Assembly (NCBI GenBank): GCA_965112735.1
Contig: OZ218958.1
Location: 1,178,001 to 1,242,000, forward strand
Length of the DNA stretch: 64,000 nucleotides
Reading direction: 5' to 3'
Source: Phaeosaccion multiseriatum
Taxonomy: Eukaryota; Protista; Ochrophyta, other classes
In this document: piece after piece, positions 13,101 to 26,600 of the stretch
Position numbering within the stretch: position 1 is the first letter of the stretch
Layout: each line of letters starts with the position of its first letter
The notes under the pieces: generated by a model
What the model saw: only the letters and a program-made list of their open reading frames with translations
Databases searched by the model: none
What the model was told of the DNA's origin: nothing
Translations under genes and position numbers: made by a program

Positions 13101-16100
13101 GGGTGGAGAGAGAAGGGGGGGGGGGGGGAGGGTGAGAGGTGGAGGGAGGGGGAGGAGGGAGAGGGGAGAGGGGAGGAGGGAGGGAGAGAGGGATGGAGAA
13201 GAGAGAGGGAAAGAGGGAGACAAGGAGAGCGGGTGTGTGTGTGTGTGGTGTGGGGGAAGGAATGAGGCGAGGTGAGGAGGAAGGGAGGGAAGCAGAGCAG
13301 GCCATGACATTAGGCGCCAGGGGCGAGGGGGAGGGGTGATGGAAGCACATGGGCTGTGGAGTGGAGTGGTGTCATGTAAAGACATCTGGCACACACGCAC
13401 ACACACACACACACACGCACATGCACACACAAGCACGTCACACGAACACACACGCATACACGCACATACACACCCAAACTCACACACACACACACCCACT
13501 CCCCCACACACACATACACACACGCACACACACCCGCACTCACCCGTGAGCAGTTGGAGATCCGCTTCCAGCTGCACAACGTTCTCTCCCCACCGATCGT
13601 TCTCACTAGCCAGGGCCATGAGCAGTCTTTGCGCGAGGTCGAGCTTCCTCTGTCCCTTAGAGGCGTTGTCCATGGCCTCCTGCTTGTCGGTGTTGGCAGC
13701 GTTGAACTCTGCAGTGAGCTTGGCGAGCTTCGCTTCGAGCTCAGCTACGAGCTTCTGGACCTGTTGGGTTGGGTGTGTGGGTGTGTGTGTGTGTAGGGGG
13801 AGGGGGGAAGGAGGGAGGGGAGGAGGCAAGGAGGGAGGGGGGGAGGAGAGGGGAAGGAGGGAGGGTCGGAGGCAGCGCAGGGAAGGAAGAAAGGAAGGAA
13901 GGAAGGAAGGAAGGAAGGAAGGGAGGGAGGGAGGGAGGGAAGGAGGGAAGGAGGGAGGGAAGGAGGGGGGGAGGGTAGGAGCGAAGGAAGGGAGGGAGGG
14001 TATGAGCGAAGGAAGGAAGGAGAGAAGGGACCGAAGGGGGGGGTGGTCAGAGGACACGGAAGACTCAAGGGTGAGAGAGCGCGCTGACCACACGCTTGAC
14101 CTACTACCTACCTCGGCGAGGCGAATGTTGGCGGCTGAGAGGGTCTCGTTGGCCTCTCGAAGGGCCTGACGCTTGGGCTCGACAGTTACAACAATGTCAT
14201 GGTACGAGACAATGTTGATGATGAAACCGCACACGCCTGTGGTTGGATGAGGGGTGGATGGTGAGCGGTGAGTGGTGAGGGGTGAGGGGTGAATGGATAC
14301 TGATATATGAGATGGATTTTGGAATGTACTAGTTCGTTGAGCGTTTGAGTGAGACACGAGGAAACGACATGAGTGGGTGTGTGCGTGGGTGGCACACACT
14401 TACGCACTCACGCACGCACGCACGCAGTCACACACACACACACACACACACATCACGCATGCACACATAACGCACGCACGCACGCACCTGCAGCACTGGA
14501 GTTCTTGCCCGAAATGGTCTCAACATTAAAGAAATCGAGGGCAAGGTATGGGCGGATTTCCTTCCAATTGATGGCCGGGATGGTGTTATTATCCACGCCG
14601 TTCTATAGAGAGAGAGAGAAGAGAAAGAGGCAAGATGTAAGGGAGGGAGGGGAGGGAGAGAGCAAAGTTATATAAGGGGAGGGAGAGAGGGTAGATAGAA
14701 GGGAGGGAGAGAGGAGAGGCGGTGTGTGCCGATGAGGCAAATGCGCCATATGATGAGACGTCAAGTCAGAGAGAGAGAGGGAGGAAGAGGCCGGTGGGAT
14801 GGGAGGAAGAGGCGGGGCCGGGGGGGGGGGGAGAGTTTCCGAGTCCTCGTTACCTTGAGGTCCTTGAGCTGATCAATGTAGGCCCCAATGTCTCCCAGGA
14901 GCTGCTTCTTGGCGGCGTCCCAGGAACGGTCTTTGACCTTTCCGGCCTTGGTGGTGATCACACTCGGCATGGTGCCGGCGAGGAGCACCATGGTCGCTGC
15001 AAACACGTCATCCACTCCAGCGGGGGGCTTGGCCATTGTCTTACACTCGCCCAGGTCCTGACAACACCAAACACCAGGGTAAGGGTAGAGGCATATGGAC
15101 CAGAGAAGGGGAGGGGGGTGGAGGGTATATACAGGCTTAGGGTTCGCAGCATCACGTTAAGACCACGTAAGGTCAAGGTTAAGTAAGGGTTGGCGTTGTT
15201 AAGGTTTCGTAACGTTGCTGCGTACGGTTACGTAGACGTACCTTCTTGTTGAGGGTGTCCAAGGCAGCCATGGCGGCTTCAACAGCAGGCTCGGCCTTGG
15301 CAAGGTCTTCCTCGGTTGACTTTTGCTTGATGGACACCTCGTTTTGGATAGCAGTCACCTAAGTCAGTGAGGAGAGAGAGAGAGAGAGAGGGACACACAC
15401 ACAGAGAGAGAGAGAGAGGGAGAGATGGGAGGGTCAGTACTGCGTGGAAAATGTGCTTATCTTTCGGTGCCTGATGGAAAGGAGGTGCACATCAAAAGAC
15501 ACACGCCCACACACGCCCAAACACATACACACTCACACACTCACACACACACACACAACCCCTCTTCTACACTCACCGCATCTGCCTCGACTTGGGCCTT
15601 TGCCGTTTCGGACTCGACGATGCTCTTCTCCTTACTCACGGCCTCAGCAATGCCCTCAGCCACACACTTCTTCTGCTCCGCGTCCTCCAGTTTGATTTTC
15701 AGATCCTCCTCCAAGCTCGTGACACTCTCTTTGGTCTGCTTGAGCTTAAGCAATCCGTTGGCAAGACGCTCGATGGCTGAGTTTTGCTCGTCTCTCTTGC
15801 TGGTGAGGAGCACGTTGTAAAGCTTGAGCAGCTCGAGGAACGATTTGGGGGTGGTGTATACGAAGCGCCTCTCCACCTGTTGGTCGTTGTAGAGTAGAGT
15901 AGTGAGGTGTAGTGCCGTGTGTAGTGGGTGGGGTGGGGGTGTAGCAGGATGGTACAGTGAGTGAGGTGGGGTGGGATAAGGCGGTGTCAGAGTGAGTAGG
16001 GTGGGGTTGGGTAGTATGGTGGGGTATGGTGGGGTAGGGTGGGGTAGGGTGGGGTGGAGTTGGGTGGTCTTGTTGGTCATCGGCGGTCTTTCATCATCTG

Positions 16101-19100
16101 CCTCTTTCACCCCACCTACACCTCCACCCCCACCCCAACCACACCCACTGCCATCCACTGCCATCCACTGCCATCCACTGCCATCCACTGCCATCCCTGC
16201 CATCCCCTGCCATCCCCTGCCATCCCCTGCCATCCCCTGCCATCCCCTGCCATCCCCTGCCATCCACTGCCATCCGCCCCACCTACCTTCTTGAAGTTCT
16301 CCGCAACGCTGTTGACCACCTCGAAACTGTATGGCAAGAACTTTTCAATGGATCCACGAATGCCATCATCCCCAAGATCCAAGTCCGCGAGGAAGCGCTT
16401 GCCCACGCTAAACAGGGCGTCCCTCGGCCAGGGTTGGAACCAGTCGATGACCGTGCTGTTGACAATGGCTGGGAACTTACGCGACCTTTTAACACCCGTA
16501 GGAGTGTATGGGCATACCATACCGTAGGCAGGCAAGGAGTAAGGAAGGCAGGGTTGGGGGGTGGTTTAGGGGGGGCATCTTATCGACTTACAGGAATCAA
16601 CCTAAGAATTACGTATGTGTGTGTGTGTGTGTGTGTGTGTGGAGGGCCCGCTAGGAGCCATTTTTTTGTTTGTTTAGGAGGGCGAAACTCTTAGCTATTG
16701 CAACTGATCTTTTCTATCGAGATGAACAACCGACCATGACGTTCGGGGGTGTGAGGTGTGGGTGGGTTTAGTTGGGTGTGGGTGGGTGTGGTTGGGTGAG
16801 GTTTGGGGGTGTCGTGCTCCTCCCCTCCCTTCCCCTGCCCTCCCCTGTCCTCGTGTCAAGTACCTGTTGCGAAAGTCGTCTCCCACGGGCGAGAAGGCAA
16901 GCACCACGTGCAAGTTGCGTCGGATGAGCTTGATGAAGTACTCCCAGCAGTTCTTCCTGTCGGGCACCAGGCCTTGCGCCTTGACCTTGTTGGTCATGGC
17001 ATTGACAATCGTGTCCACCTGTTTGGGGTTGTAGTACGTCAGTGAGGGAGGGCCCAGGAAGTTTAAGCTACACGTCTCTCTCTCTCCCTCCCTGTCACAC
17101 ACGCACACACGCACTCAAACACACACATGACACACACACACACTCTCTCTCAAGCACACACGCACATACATACGCACGCACAGCCACACACACGTGCGCG
17201 CGCGCGCACACACACACACACACGCACACACACACACACACACCTCATCCACAGCGAACAGGTCCGGAATGTTGCCCGAAGCAAGGAGATCGTTGATGTA
17301 GATGAGGAAGCGCTCGTTGGTGATCTGCGAATCTGTGAGTAGGAACATGACTCCTTCGTCCTTCATCCCCGCCTTGTTGTACATAAGCTGAGGGGTTTGG
17401 GTTGGGGAACGTTGGGTTGGGTTGGGTTGGGTTGGGCATTTTCGTTGAGCGCACTGGGGGGGGGGGGAGGGGGCGAGGACGGAAGAAGGAGGAGAGATGC
17501 ACAGGCTACGTCGAGCAAGAAAAGCTCCCTCACTTTCTCACCCCTCCCTCACCTTCTCACCACTCCCTTCCCTTCCCGTCCCCTCCCATCCCCTCCCCTC
17601 TCCTCTCCTCCCCCTCCCCTCCCCTCCCCTCCCCTCCCCTCCCCTCCCCTCCCCTCCCCTCCCCTCCCCTCCCCTCTCCTCCCCCTCCCCTCCCCTCTCC
17701 TCCCCCTCCCCTCCCCCTCTCACCCCCCTTGCCTCACCTTCAAGTCCTCCTTAAGATCGTTGATACCATACGTGTTGCTAATCACAATCTGTGACACGGT
17801 GTAGTTGCAGATGAAGGCCGCCAGCCTAGACAGAGACTGCTTACCGCTTCCACCCACACCCACAAGCAAGGCGTGGCCCCCCTCGTTTAGCACGATGCGC
17901 GTGATTCGGGCCACTGAAGAGGAGAAGGAGGAGGATGGCAGTGGATGGAGAGAGGGGGGAGGAGGAGGAGGAGGAGGAGAAGGAGGAGGGCGGTAGTGAG
18001 TGGAGAGGAGGAGGAGAAGGAGAAGGAGGAGGAGGAGGAGTTCAGGAGGAGGAGGAGGAGGAGGAGGATGACGACGAGGAGGAGGAGGAGGAGGTGGAGG
18101 AGGAGGAGGATGACGAGGAGGAGGAGGAGCAGGAGGTGGAGGAGGAGGAGAAGAAGAAGAAGGAGGAGGAGGAGGAGGAGGAGGAGGAGGATGACGAGGA
18201 GGAAGACGAGGAGGAGGAGGAGGAGGAGGAGGAGGAGGAGGAGTTCAGGAGGAGGAGGAGGAGGAGGAGTTCAGGAGGAGGAGGAGGAAGAAGTGGGGGC
18301 AATGGGCGAGGATGTTAGGTAGCGCGCACGCATACACAGTCGCCCCCATCGTGGAGACACGATAGTCTAAATCAAGACCAAACACCCCTATCGTAGAGAC
18401 ACTATAGTCTAAATCAGGACAACACACCCCTATCGTAGAGACACTATAGTCTAAATCAGGACAAAACACCCCTATCGTAGAGACACTATAGTCTAAATCA
18501 GGACAAAACACCCCTATCGTAGAGACACTACAGTCTAAATCAGGACCAAACACCCCTATCGTAGAGACACTACAGTCTAAATCAGGACCAAACACCCCTA
18601 TCGTAGAGACACTACAGTCTAAATCAGGACCAAACACCCCTATCGTAGAGACACTACAGTCTAAATCAAGACCAAACACCCCTATCGTAGAGACACTATA
18701 GTCTGAATCAGGACAAAACACCCCTATCGTAGAGAGCGCCTTACCGTGCTTCATGGCGTCTTCGAAGAGCACGAGGTCCATGGTGGCGAAGGTATCGTTG
18801 TACTCCTTCAGAGCGTCTTCCAGAATAGAAGACATTTTGTCCAGGGAGGTCACCTGACGGGACGGGGGGTAGGGTAGGGCAGTTGGTGATACAGGTGGGG
18901 TGGAGAGAGAGGTACGTACGGTGGGGTAAGAGTTAGTTGTGAGTCGACATAGAGATGGGGAGAGGAAGAGGGGGAGAAGTAGAGGGAGAGAGAAGGAAAG
19001 GGAGAGCGAGAGGGAGACAGGGAGACAGAGAGACAGAGAGACAGGGAGAGGGAGAGGGGGAGAGGGACAGGGAGACAAGAAACATGCCATCTGTGACCGA

Positions 19101-22100
19101 CTGACCTGGTCGTACAACTGGTCCTGAATGTTCTCAGCAAAGTGGCAGAAGACGAGAGGGTCGGCGTTCTCTGCGGCGTAGAACTTGCTCATGTTACTGT
19201 GCATGGGGAGGTAGCGAGGTGGGTGGATAGGTAGGTAGGTAGGTAGGTAGGTAGGTAAGTAGGTAGGTAGGGAGGGAGGGAGAGGGAGGGAGGGAGGGAG
19301 GGAGGGGATGATGAGCACCGGGTGCCGCACTTGTGTGTGTGTGTATATGTGTGCGTACATGTGTGGGCCGAGAGCGCATTTCGCTTCTTGCCTGCCCCCT
19401 ACTCTCCCTCCTCCCCTCCCTCCCCCCCTTCCACATCACCAACACACTCACCTCGCAAAGTTGGGAAAGAGCTTCTTTGCCTGGGCCTGGGCCAGACCAT
19501 TGTACTTGAGCAAGTCCTCCGGGCTGACGAGCCGGTCTCCGTACACTCTCTCCGACTCGTGCAGCCAAAGCTGCACAAACTTCTCCAAGCCCGAGAACTG
19601 CTCCGCCTGTGACACCAGCAACCCCTGGAACACATTTGACAAATGCCGAATGTTGAACTCGTAATGGAAGTTGGTGGCCGTCTTACGGAACGAAGCGGCC
19701 ACTTGACTGTGCAACCCGAGTGCGGCTTTGATGATGTTGCTTCCCTGGGCGGCAATGTCCGGTTCGAAGTGCTGCAGATGCCCGTCGAGGAAGGTTTGAT
19801 AGATGGTGAGCAGACTGGTAGGCCCGGGAAGACCGATGGCGAAGGTGGTGAATAGGCGTTGGAGACGGGGGTTCACCTCGAAGCTTCCTGCGGTGGGGTT
19901 CATGCACACCACCACCTGGAGGGTAGGTATGGGGTATAGGGCATATGGTACGGTGGTATAGGGTATAGGGGGTTGGGGTATGGGGTATGGGGTATGGGGT
20001 ATAGGATATAGGGCACATCGTACGGTGGTATAGGGTATAGGGGGTTGGGGTATGGGGTATGGGGTATGGGGTATGGGGTATGGGGTATGGGGTATGGGGT
20101 ATGGGGCATGGGGTATAGGGGGTTAGGGTATGGGGTATGGGGTATGGGGTACAGGCTATAGGGTATAGGGTTTGGGGCATGGGGTATAGGGTAACTGGGG
20201 GTGTAGGGTACAGACGAAGACGGTGGGGGGTACACATATACATACATACCTGCGTGCTCTTGATGTTCTTGATGGTGAGCTTGGCCAAGTCATATTGATG
20301 CTCGTACTCCATGTGCTGCCTGAGAAGCGCGATGGCACTCTGTGTGTTGTACGGGTCAACCTCTGGTAAGTTGATGTCATCTAAGAAGTAAACGAGGCGA
20401 GCGTTCCCAGGGGGGCCGTAGTTGACGCCTGCCTTCTTCTCCAGAGGGATGCCCATGGTGTTGCAGAGCACAGCGCTGGTGGTGTAGAAGTTGAAGTTGA
20501 TGCTCGTGCTCACCACCTTGCAAAGTTGAAGTCGAAGTTGAAGATGAAGTTGGAAGAGGAAGGAGGGAGGGAGGGAGGGAGGGAGGGAGGGAGGAGGGGT
20601 AGCAGTCAGGAAGTGGCGAATGATGGGCCAAGGGAGGGAGGAGAGCGAGAGTACGACCACACCAAGCATCACCCCTGTGACGCGACACGCACACTTACAC
20701 ACACACGCACACACACATACACGCACACGCATACACACATCCAAACACACACACACACACACACGCGCACATCCACACACACACACACACACTCACATTC
20801 TCCGGGTCCTGTGCCTGCAACATTCCGATGACCATTTGGGTCTTGCCGGTACCCGCCGGTCCCGCCATCATGACGGGGCGCCGCATGCTCACGAGCAACT
20901 CCGCCCAGAAGGTCACTGAGCAAGTCTCGGGAGTGGGCACGGTTACCTGCGTGGGTGGGGGATGGCAGTGGATGGGATGGGCGCGGGGTGGGGTGGGGTG
21001 GGGCGTGAGAGAGGGGGAGGGGAGGGAGGGGTGGGCAAGGAGAGGAGGTTTATTTTGTAAGCAGATGGGGGGGGGGGGGTAGAGTGAGGGACGGAGTGCA
21101 TGCCCCCTATATGCCTCCACACCCAAGGCCAGCATGCATGCCCATATGCCTCCAAACCCAAGGCCAGCATGCATGCCCCCCATATGCCTCCACACCCAAG
21201 GCCAGCATGCATGCCCATATGCCTCCAAACCCAAGGCCAGCATGCATGCCCCCCATATGCCTCCAAACCGAAGGCCAGCATGCATGCCCATATGCCTCCA
21301 AACCCAAGGCCAGCATGCATGCCCCCCATATGCCTCCACACCCAAGGCCAGCATGCATGCCCATATGCCTCCAAACCCAAGGCCAGCATGCATGCCCCCC
21401 ATATGCCTCCACACCCAAGGCCAGCATGCATGCCCATATGCCTCCAAACCCAAGGCCAGCATGCATGCCCCCCATATGCCTCCAAACCCAAGGCCAGCAT
21501 GCATGCCCATATGCCTCCAAACCCAAGGCCAGCATGCATGCCCATATGCCTCCAAACCCAAGGCCAGCATGCATGCCCATATGCCTCCAAACCCAAGGCC
21601 AGCATGCATGCCCATGTGCCTCCAAACCCAAGGCCAGCATGCATGCCCATATGCCTCCAAACCCAAGGCCAGCATGCATGCCCATATGCCTCCAAACCGA
21701 AGGCCAGCATGCATGCCCATGTGCCTCCAAACCCAAGACCAGCATGCATGCCCATATGCCTGCATGAACCATACGCCTCTTGCTCTCACCTGAGTCATGG
21801 GCTGTGTCTTGGAGTCAAAGTCGATGCTAAAGAAGTACGGTGACTTAGTCCACTGCTCAAACGTGTCCAGCTCGGGGTCCAGCCAGTAGTCGAACACAGT
21901 CTCACGAGACGGGAACTGAGGGCAGAGCATGGAGGGGGAACAGAGGGATGGTAGAGGGGAAAGGAGAGGGGAGGGGAGATGAGGGGAGTGGAGAAGAGTG
22001 GAGTGGAAGGAGAGGGGTGAAGAGAGTAAGAGTTTAAGGAGTGTAGGTTAGAGGTAGAGTTTGAGTGAATTGACCGTTAGAGTTTGACTTGAGGTTGAGC

Positions 22101-23586
22101 TTGATGGCGCAACACACCTTGACGCGGGTCCAGGTGGACCTCCAGTGATCATTGAAGATCTTCTTGTAATCCGTGCCGTCGTCGGCAACTGTGAGACCGC
22201 TGCCGAATGCCCAAATGGCGCAGAAGACAAACACCTTCTCCAGTGATGCCTCGTTGGCGCTGTTCTTCTCCGTGAGGAGCCCGTCCATCATGAACAGCAT
22301 GGACTGTGGGGGGAGGGAGAGAGAGAGGGAGGGAGGGAGGGAGGGGAGGGGAGGAGGGAGGAGGGAGGGAGGGAGGGAGGGAGGGAAGGAGGGAAGGGAG
22401 GGAGGGATGGAGGGAGGGAAGGAAGGGAGGGAGGGAGAGAGAGGGAGGGAGAGAGGGAGACAGGGAGGGAGGGAAGGAAGGAAGGAAGGAAGGGAGGGAG
22501 GGAGGGAGGGAGGGAGGGGTGGTGAGATGGGAGGTAGGCACTACCCTTCTGCTGCCGTATCACCAACTGCCATTGTCAGCCTTCGGGTTTCTTTGTGCAT
22601 GACTTCAGGGGGCAAACACGTCACACACGCAACACACGCACGCACACACCCACACACACCCACACCCACACACACACCCACACACACACCCACTAGTACG
22701 CACCTGCACGACGGCAACGTCCTCGACGGGAAGGATGGGTTTTGTGTTGATCTTGAGCCACAAAAGACTGTCTGCCACGTACTCGTCAAAGAAGCCCTTC
22801 AGCACCGCCTTCATCTCCGCAGTCATGCCCTCTCTGGCCAGCAGCCATGACTCAATGAGGGACTGCCATTGGGTGCCATCGTCGGTGGAGATGTAGAGGA
22901 TGCCCGCACGACTCACAGTTGCCGGCGTCGCGTATTTGAGGTCTCGAATTTCGAAAATCATTCGCATGTGGGCTTTGAGAGGGATGCGCTCGTTGGAAGC
23001 GAGAGTCAACATGCGGTTATCGTCCATCACCTAGAAGGGGGGCATACAGGGCATGCATGTGGAGGCATATGGAGGAATGGGAAGGGGTGGGGGGATGGCA
23101 GTGGATGGATCTTAGACACAAGGGGGGGGGGGGGGGGGGATGGCAGTGGATGGATGTGCCTTCCGATGTGTTAGAGACACACGGCGGAGTGAATGGTGAA
23201 AGTGAATGGTGCAGGCCGAATGAAAGGCACTCCTTCTTCCCTTACTTCCATCCAGCACGTACCGAGTTCATACTCTCAATCCAGTTGGCGTCCAAGTCGC
23301 CGTCCAACAGGATCCACTTGGGTTTCTCGTCCGGGATGTTGCCGAGGTCACGCATGACCTTGGACAAGAGTCCATCTTTCCACTCTCGAGTGGCCATGCT
23401 AATGAAACCGTAAAGCTCCTCTGTCTTGATGGACTTGGGATTCACGTCCATGATTTTGGTCTGAGTGTTGGGATCGCGGAGCTTCCTTGCAGCCTGGAGG
23501 GTGCGCCACGATTGCGACTTGCCTGCCGTGTAGGTGGGTGAAGGAAGGAAGGGGAGGAGGAGGAGGAGGAGGAGGAGGAAGAGGAG

Positions 23587-23618
<32 letters not shown>

Positions 23619-26600
23619 GGAAGAGGAGGAAGAGGAGGAGGAGGAGGAGGAGGAAGAGGAGGAGGAGGAGGAGGAGGAAGAGGAGGAGGAGGAGGAGGAG
23701 GAAGAGGAGGAAGAGAATGTGACATGAGCTTCACTTCACTACACTACACTACAGTCCTCCAATCCATGCCTGAGTGTAGAGTATTGAGAGACTTGCCTTC
23801 ACCGGGAGAGGGAGGAGAAGGAGGAGAAGGAGGAGAAGGAGGAAGAGGAGAAGGAGGTGACCCAAGCTCAACTACACTACAACACGATTACAACACTGCT
23901 CAACTACACTACAACACGATTACAACACTGAGTTGTGTTGAGAGAGACTTGCCTGCCCCCGGTGGGCCCATGACGAAGACGCAGTGACGAATGGCGAGCA
24001 GCTCTTCCAGTTGCACAACCTTGAGACAAAAGACAGGGTCGGCATGGTTGCCAATGGCACCGCAAGCCTGACGCACATATCCCTCGAGCTCTTCGTCCAC
24101 CTTTCGCTCGGGGTTGAGGCCAGGGAAGAGATCTCCCAGGAGACCGAAGAACACTACCTCATCTTCGCGCACGATCTGTAGGTGTGGGTGTTGGTGATAC
24201 AGGGGTGTGGGGGGAGGGAAGGAGGGAGGCAGGGAGAGAGGGAGGGAGGGACGGAGGGAAGGAGGGAAGGAGGAAGGCAGCGGCGTGAGAGGCGGGAACA
24301 GGAGGGAGGGAGACAGAGAGAGAGAGAGAGCGAGGGAGGGAGGGAGGGAGGGAGGGAGAGATGGTGGGAGGGAGGGAGGGAGGGAGGGAGGGAAGGAGGG
24401 AGGGAGAGAGAAGGAGGGAGGGAGGGAGGGAGGGAGAGATGGTGGGAGGGAGGAAAGAGGGACATGCTGCTATACCTCCTCCTCCTCCATTCCCCACTTG
24501 TCTCTCTCTCTTTTCTCACACACACATACCCATTGACATACCTTGGGAATGTTAAAGTCTCGAAGGGCTCTCATGAGTAGCGCATCCTCGGGAAGGTCGG
24601 GCTCAGCTCTCTTGAAGCTTCCTGCCACCACCAGCACTGACTTGACGGCTGGGGAGCGAGAGGGGCGGGGAGGAGAGGAGAGGGGAGGTGTGAGTGCTAG
24701 TGCTGTGGCTGTGTAGACCCACCCCTTCCCGACCCAACCCAGCCCCCACTCTGTCACAATCAACTGTCTTTGACCCTTTGTACTTGATGCCCTTGATCCA
24801 TGCACCGACCGATATGCCCTTGACACCAAAACACCCGGGGATTCCCTTGACCCATACACCTCCACATGCTTGACCCATATGCCCTACGCCCCTTGACTTA
24901 GGGCCCTTACAGCTCTAAACCCTTGTCGCCCATATTCCTGCCCTTGACGGTTACACTTACACGTCACTCACCTCGTAGGCCCCAGTCGTAGTGCATCTGC
25001 TTGGATAGAAGCTCTCTAAGGAGGGAGTAGAGCCCGTAGAACTTGGAGGCAAGCACCTTTGCACCCACAAAGCCTTCGGCCATGAGCATGTTCTCGCAAA
25101 TCAGCACCAGGTCTGTTGTGTAGAGTTGTAGAATTGGGCGGGGGATGGCAGTGGATGGATGGCAAGGGGTGGGATGGAGGGTGAGCAAGAATTGGTAGTG
25201 CAGGAGGAGGGAGAGGAACAAGGAGAAGGAGAGGAAGGGGACGAAGGGGGAGGAGCGTATCACTAACTCATCAGGTACCATGACCGTCATGGGTCTGCAC
25301 CGGGCCTTCAACCCCTCCCCATCCACTGCCATCCCACTCTGTCCCCATACATCCACTACCATCCATCCACTGCCATCCCACTCTGTCCCCATACATCCAC
25401 TACCATCCATCCACTGCCATCCCACTCTGTCCCCATACATCCACTACCATCCATCCTCTCTTTTCTACTACTCTACTTGACTCACCAGGCACCATGACCG
25501 TCATGGGTCGGAACAGGGCCTTCAACCCCTCCGGCAGCTCGGAGCGGCCCAAGTACCCAGGGTTCATGGTAATGTAGGCACCACACGTCGGGTCGAGTGA
25601 AATCTCATCTCCTTCCACCACGATTCGAGCGGCCTCCGCCTTGACGCCATCGCACACGGCCTTGAACTGTACGGAGCACACGGAGAGCACTTCGGGGATG
25701 AGGCGATTGAACTCGTCGAAGCAGCCCCAGGCACCGGAGGAAGCTGTCGGAGGGGGGGAGGGAGGAGAGAGAGAGGGAGGGAGGGAGGGAGGACGGGGGT
25801 GGGGGAGGGAGAGAGAGAGGCGGGGGGGGGGAGAGCGAGAGAGGGAGAGGAGAGAGGTGAGACAGAGAGAGGGAGGGAGGGAGAAAGAGAGAGAGGGAAG
25901 GACAGGGAGAGGGAGTGGGAGAGGGAGAGGGAGAGGGAGAGTGAGAGGGAGAGAGAGAGAGGGAGGCGGAGAGGGAGAGGGAGAGAGAGGGAGAGAGAGG
26001 GAGAGGGAGGGAAAGGCAAAGAGGAATGCGATCAGAGGCTGTTCAGCACGGGGGCAGCAGACTGCTCCTCCTGACTCCCTCTCTCGCATGGAGCAACATC
26101 CACTGCCATCCTCACCGAGTCCCTTGAAGATGTTGCCCAGGCCTTGGTAGTCCATCTCTGGAGAGCAATTGAACACGTAGCAGCACTTGGCCAAAGCGCT
26201 CGCCAGATCCTTCGTACTCTCCGTCTTTCCCGTTCCTGTGGAGAGTGGAGGGGAAGTAAGGGAGGGGATGGGAGGGGAGGGGATGGGATGGGATGGGATG
26301 GGAGGGGAGGGGAGGGGAGGGGAGGGGAGGGGAGGGGAGGGGAGGGGAGGGGAGGGGAGGGGAGGGGAGGGGAGGGGAGGGGAGGGGAGGGCAGGGCAGG
26401 GGAGGGGAGGGCAGGGGAAGGGAGGGGAAGGGAAGGGAAGGGAGGGGAAGGGAGGGGAGGGGAGGGGAGGGGAGGGGAGGGGAGGGGAGGGGAGGGGAGG
26501 GGAGTGAGGAGAGCGCAAGCACGCCGAATGAGCAACCCAAGTACCCATACACTTCCATAATACGAAGTACCCATACACTTCCAAATACGCACCTGCGGGT

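Noticed and set aside
20695-21930. Multiple long repetitive ORFs ([11 protein letters not shown]..., PPNPRPACM...)
   Set aside because: All are translations of the intronic minisatellite, open in several frames on both strands.
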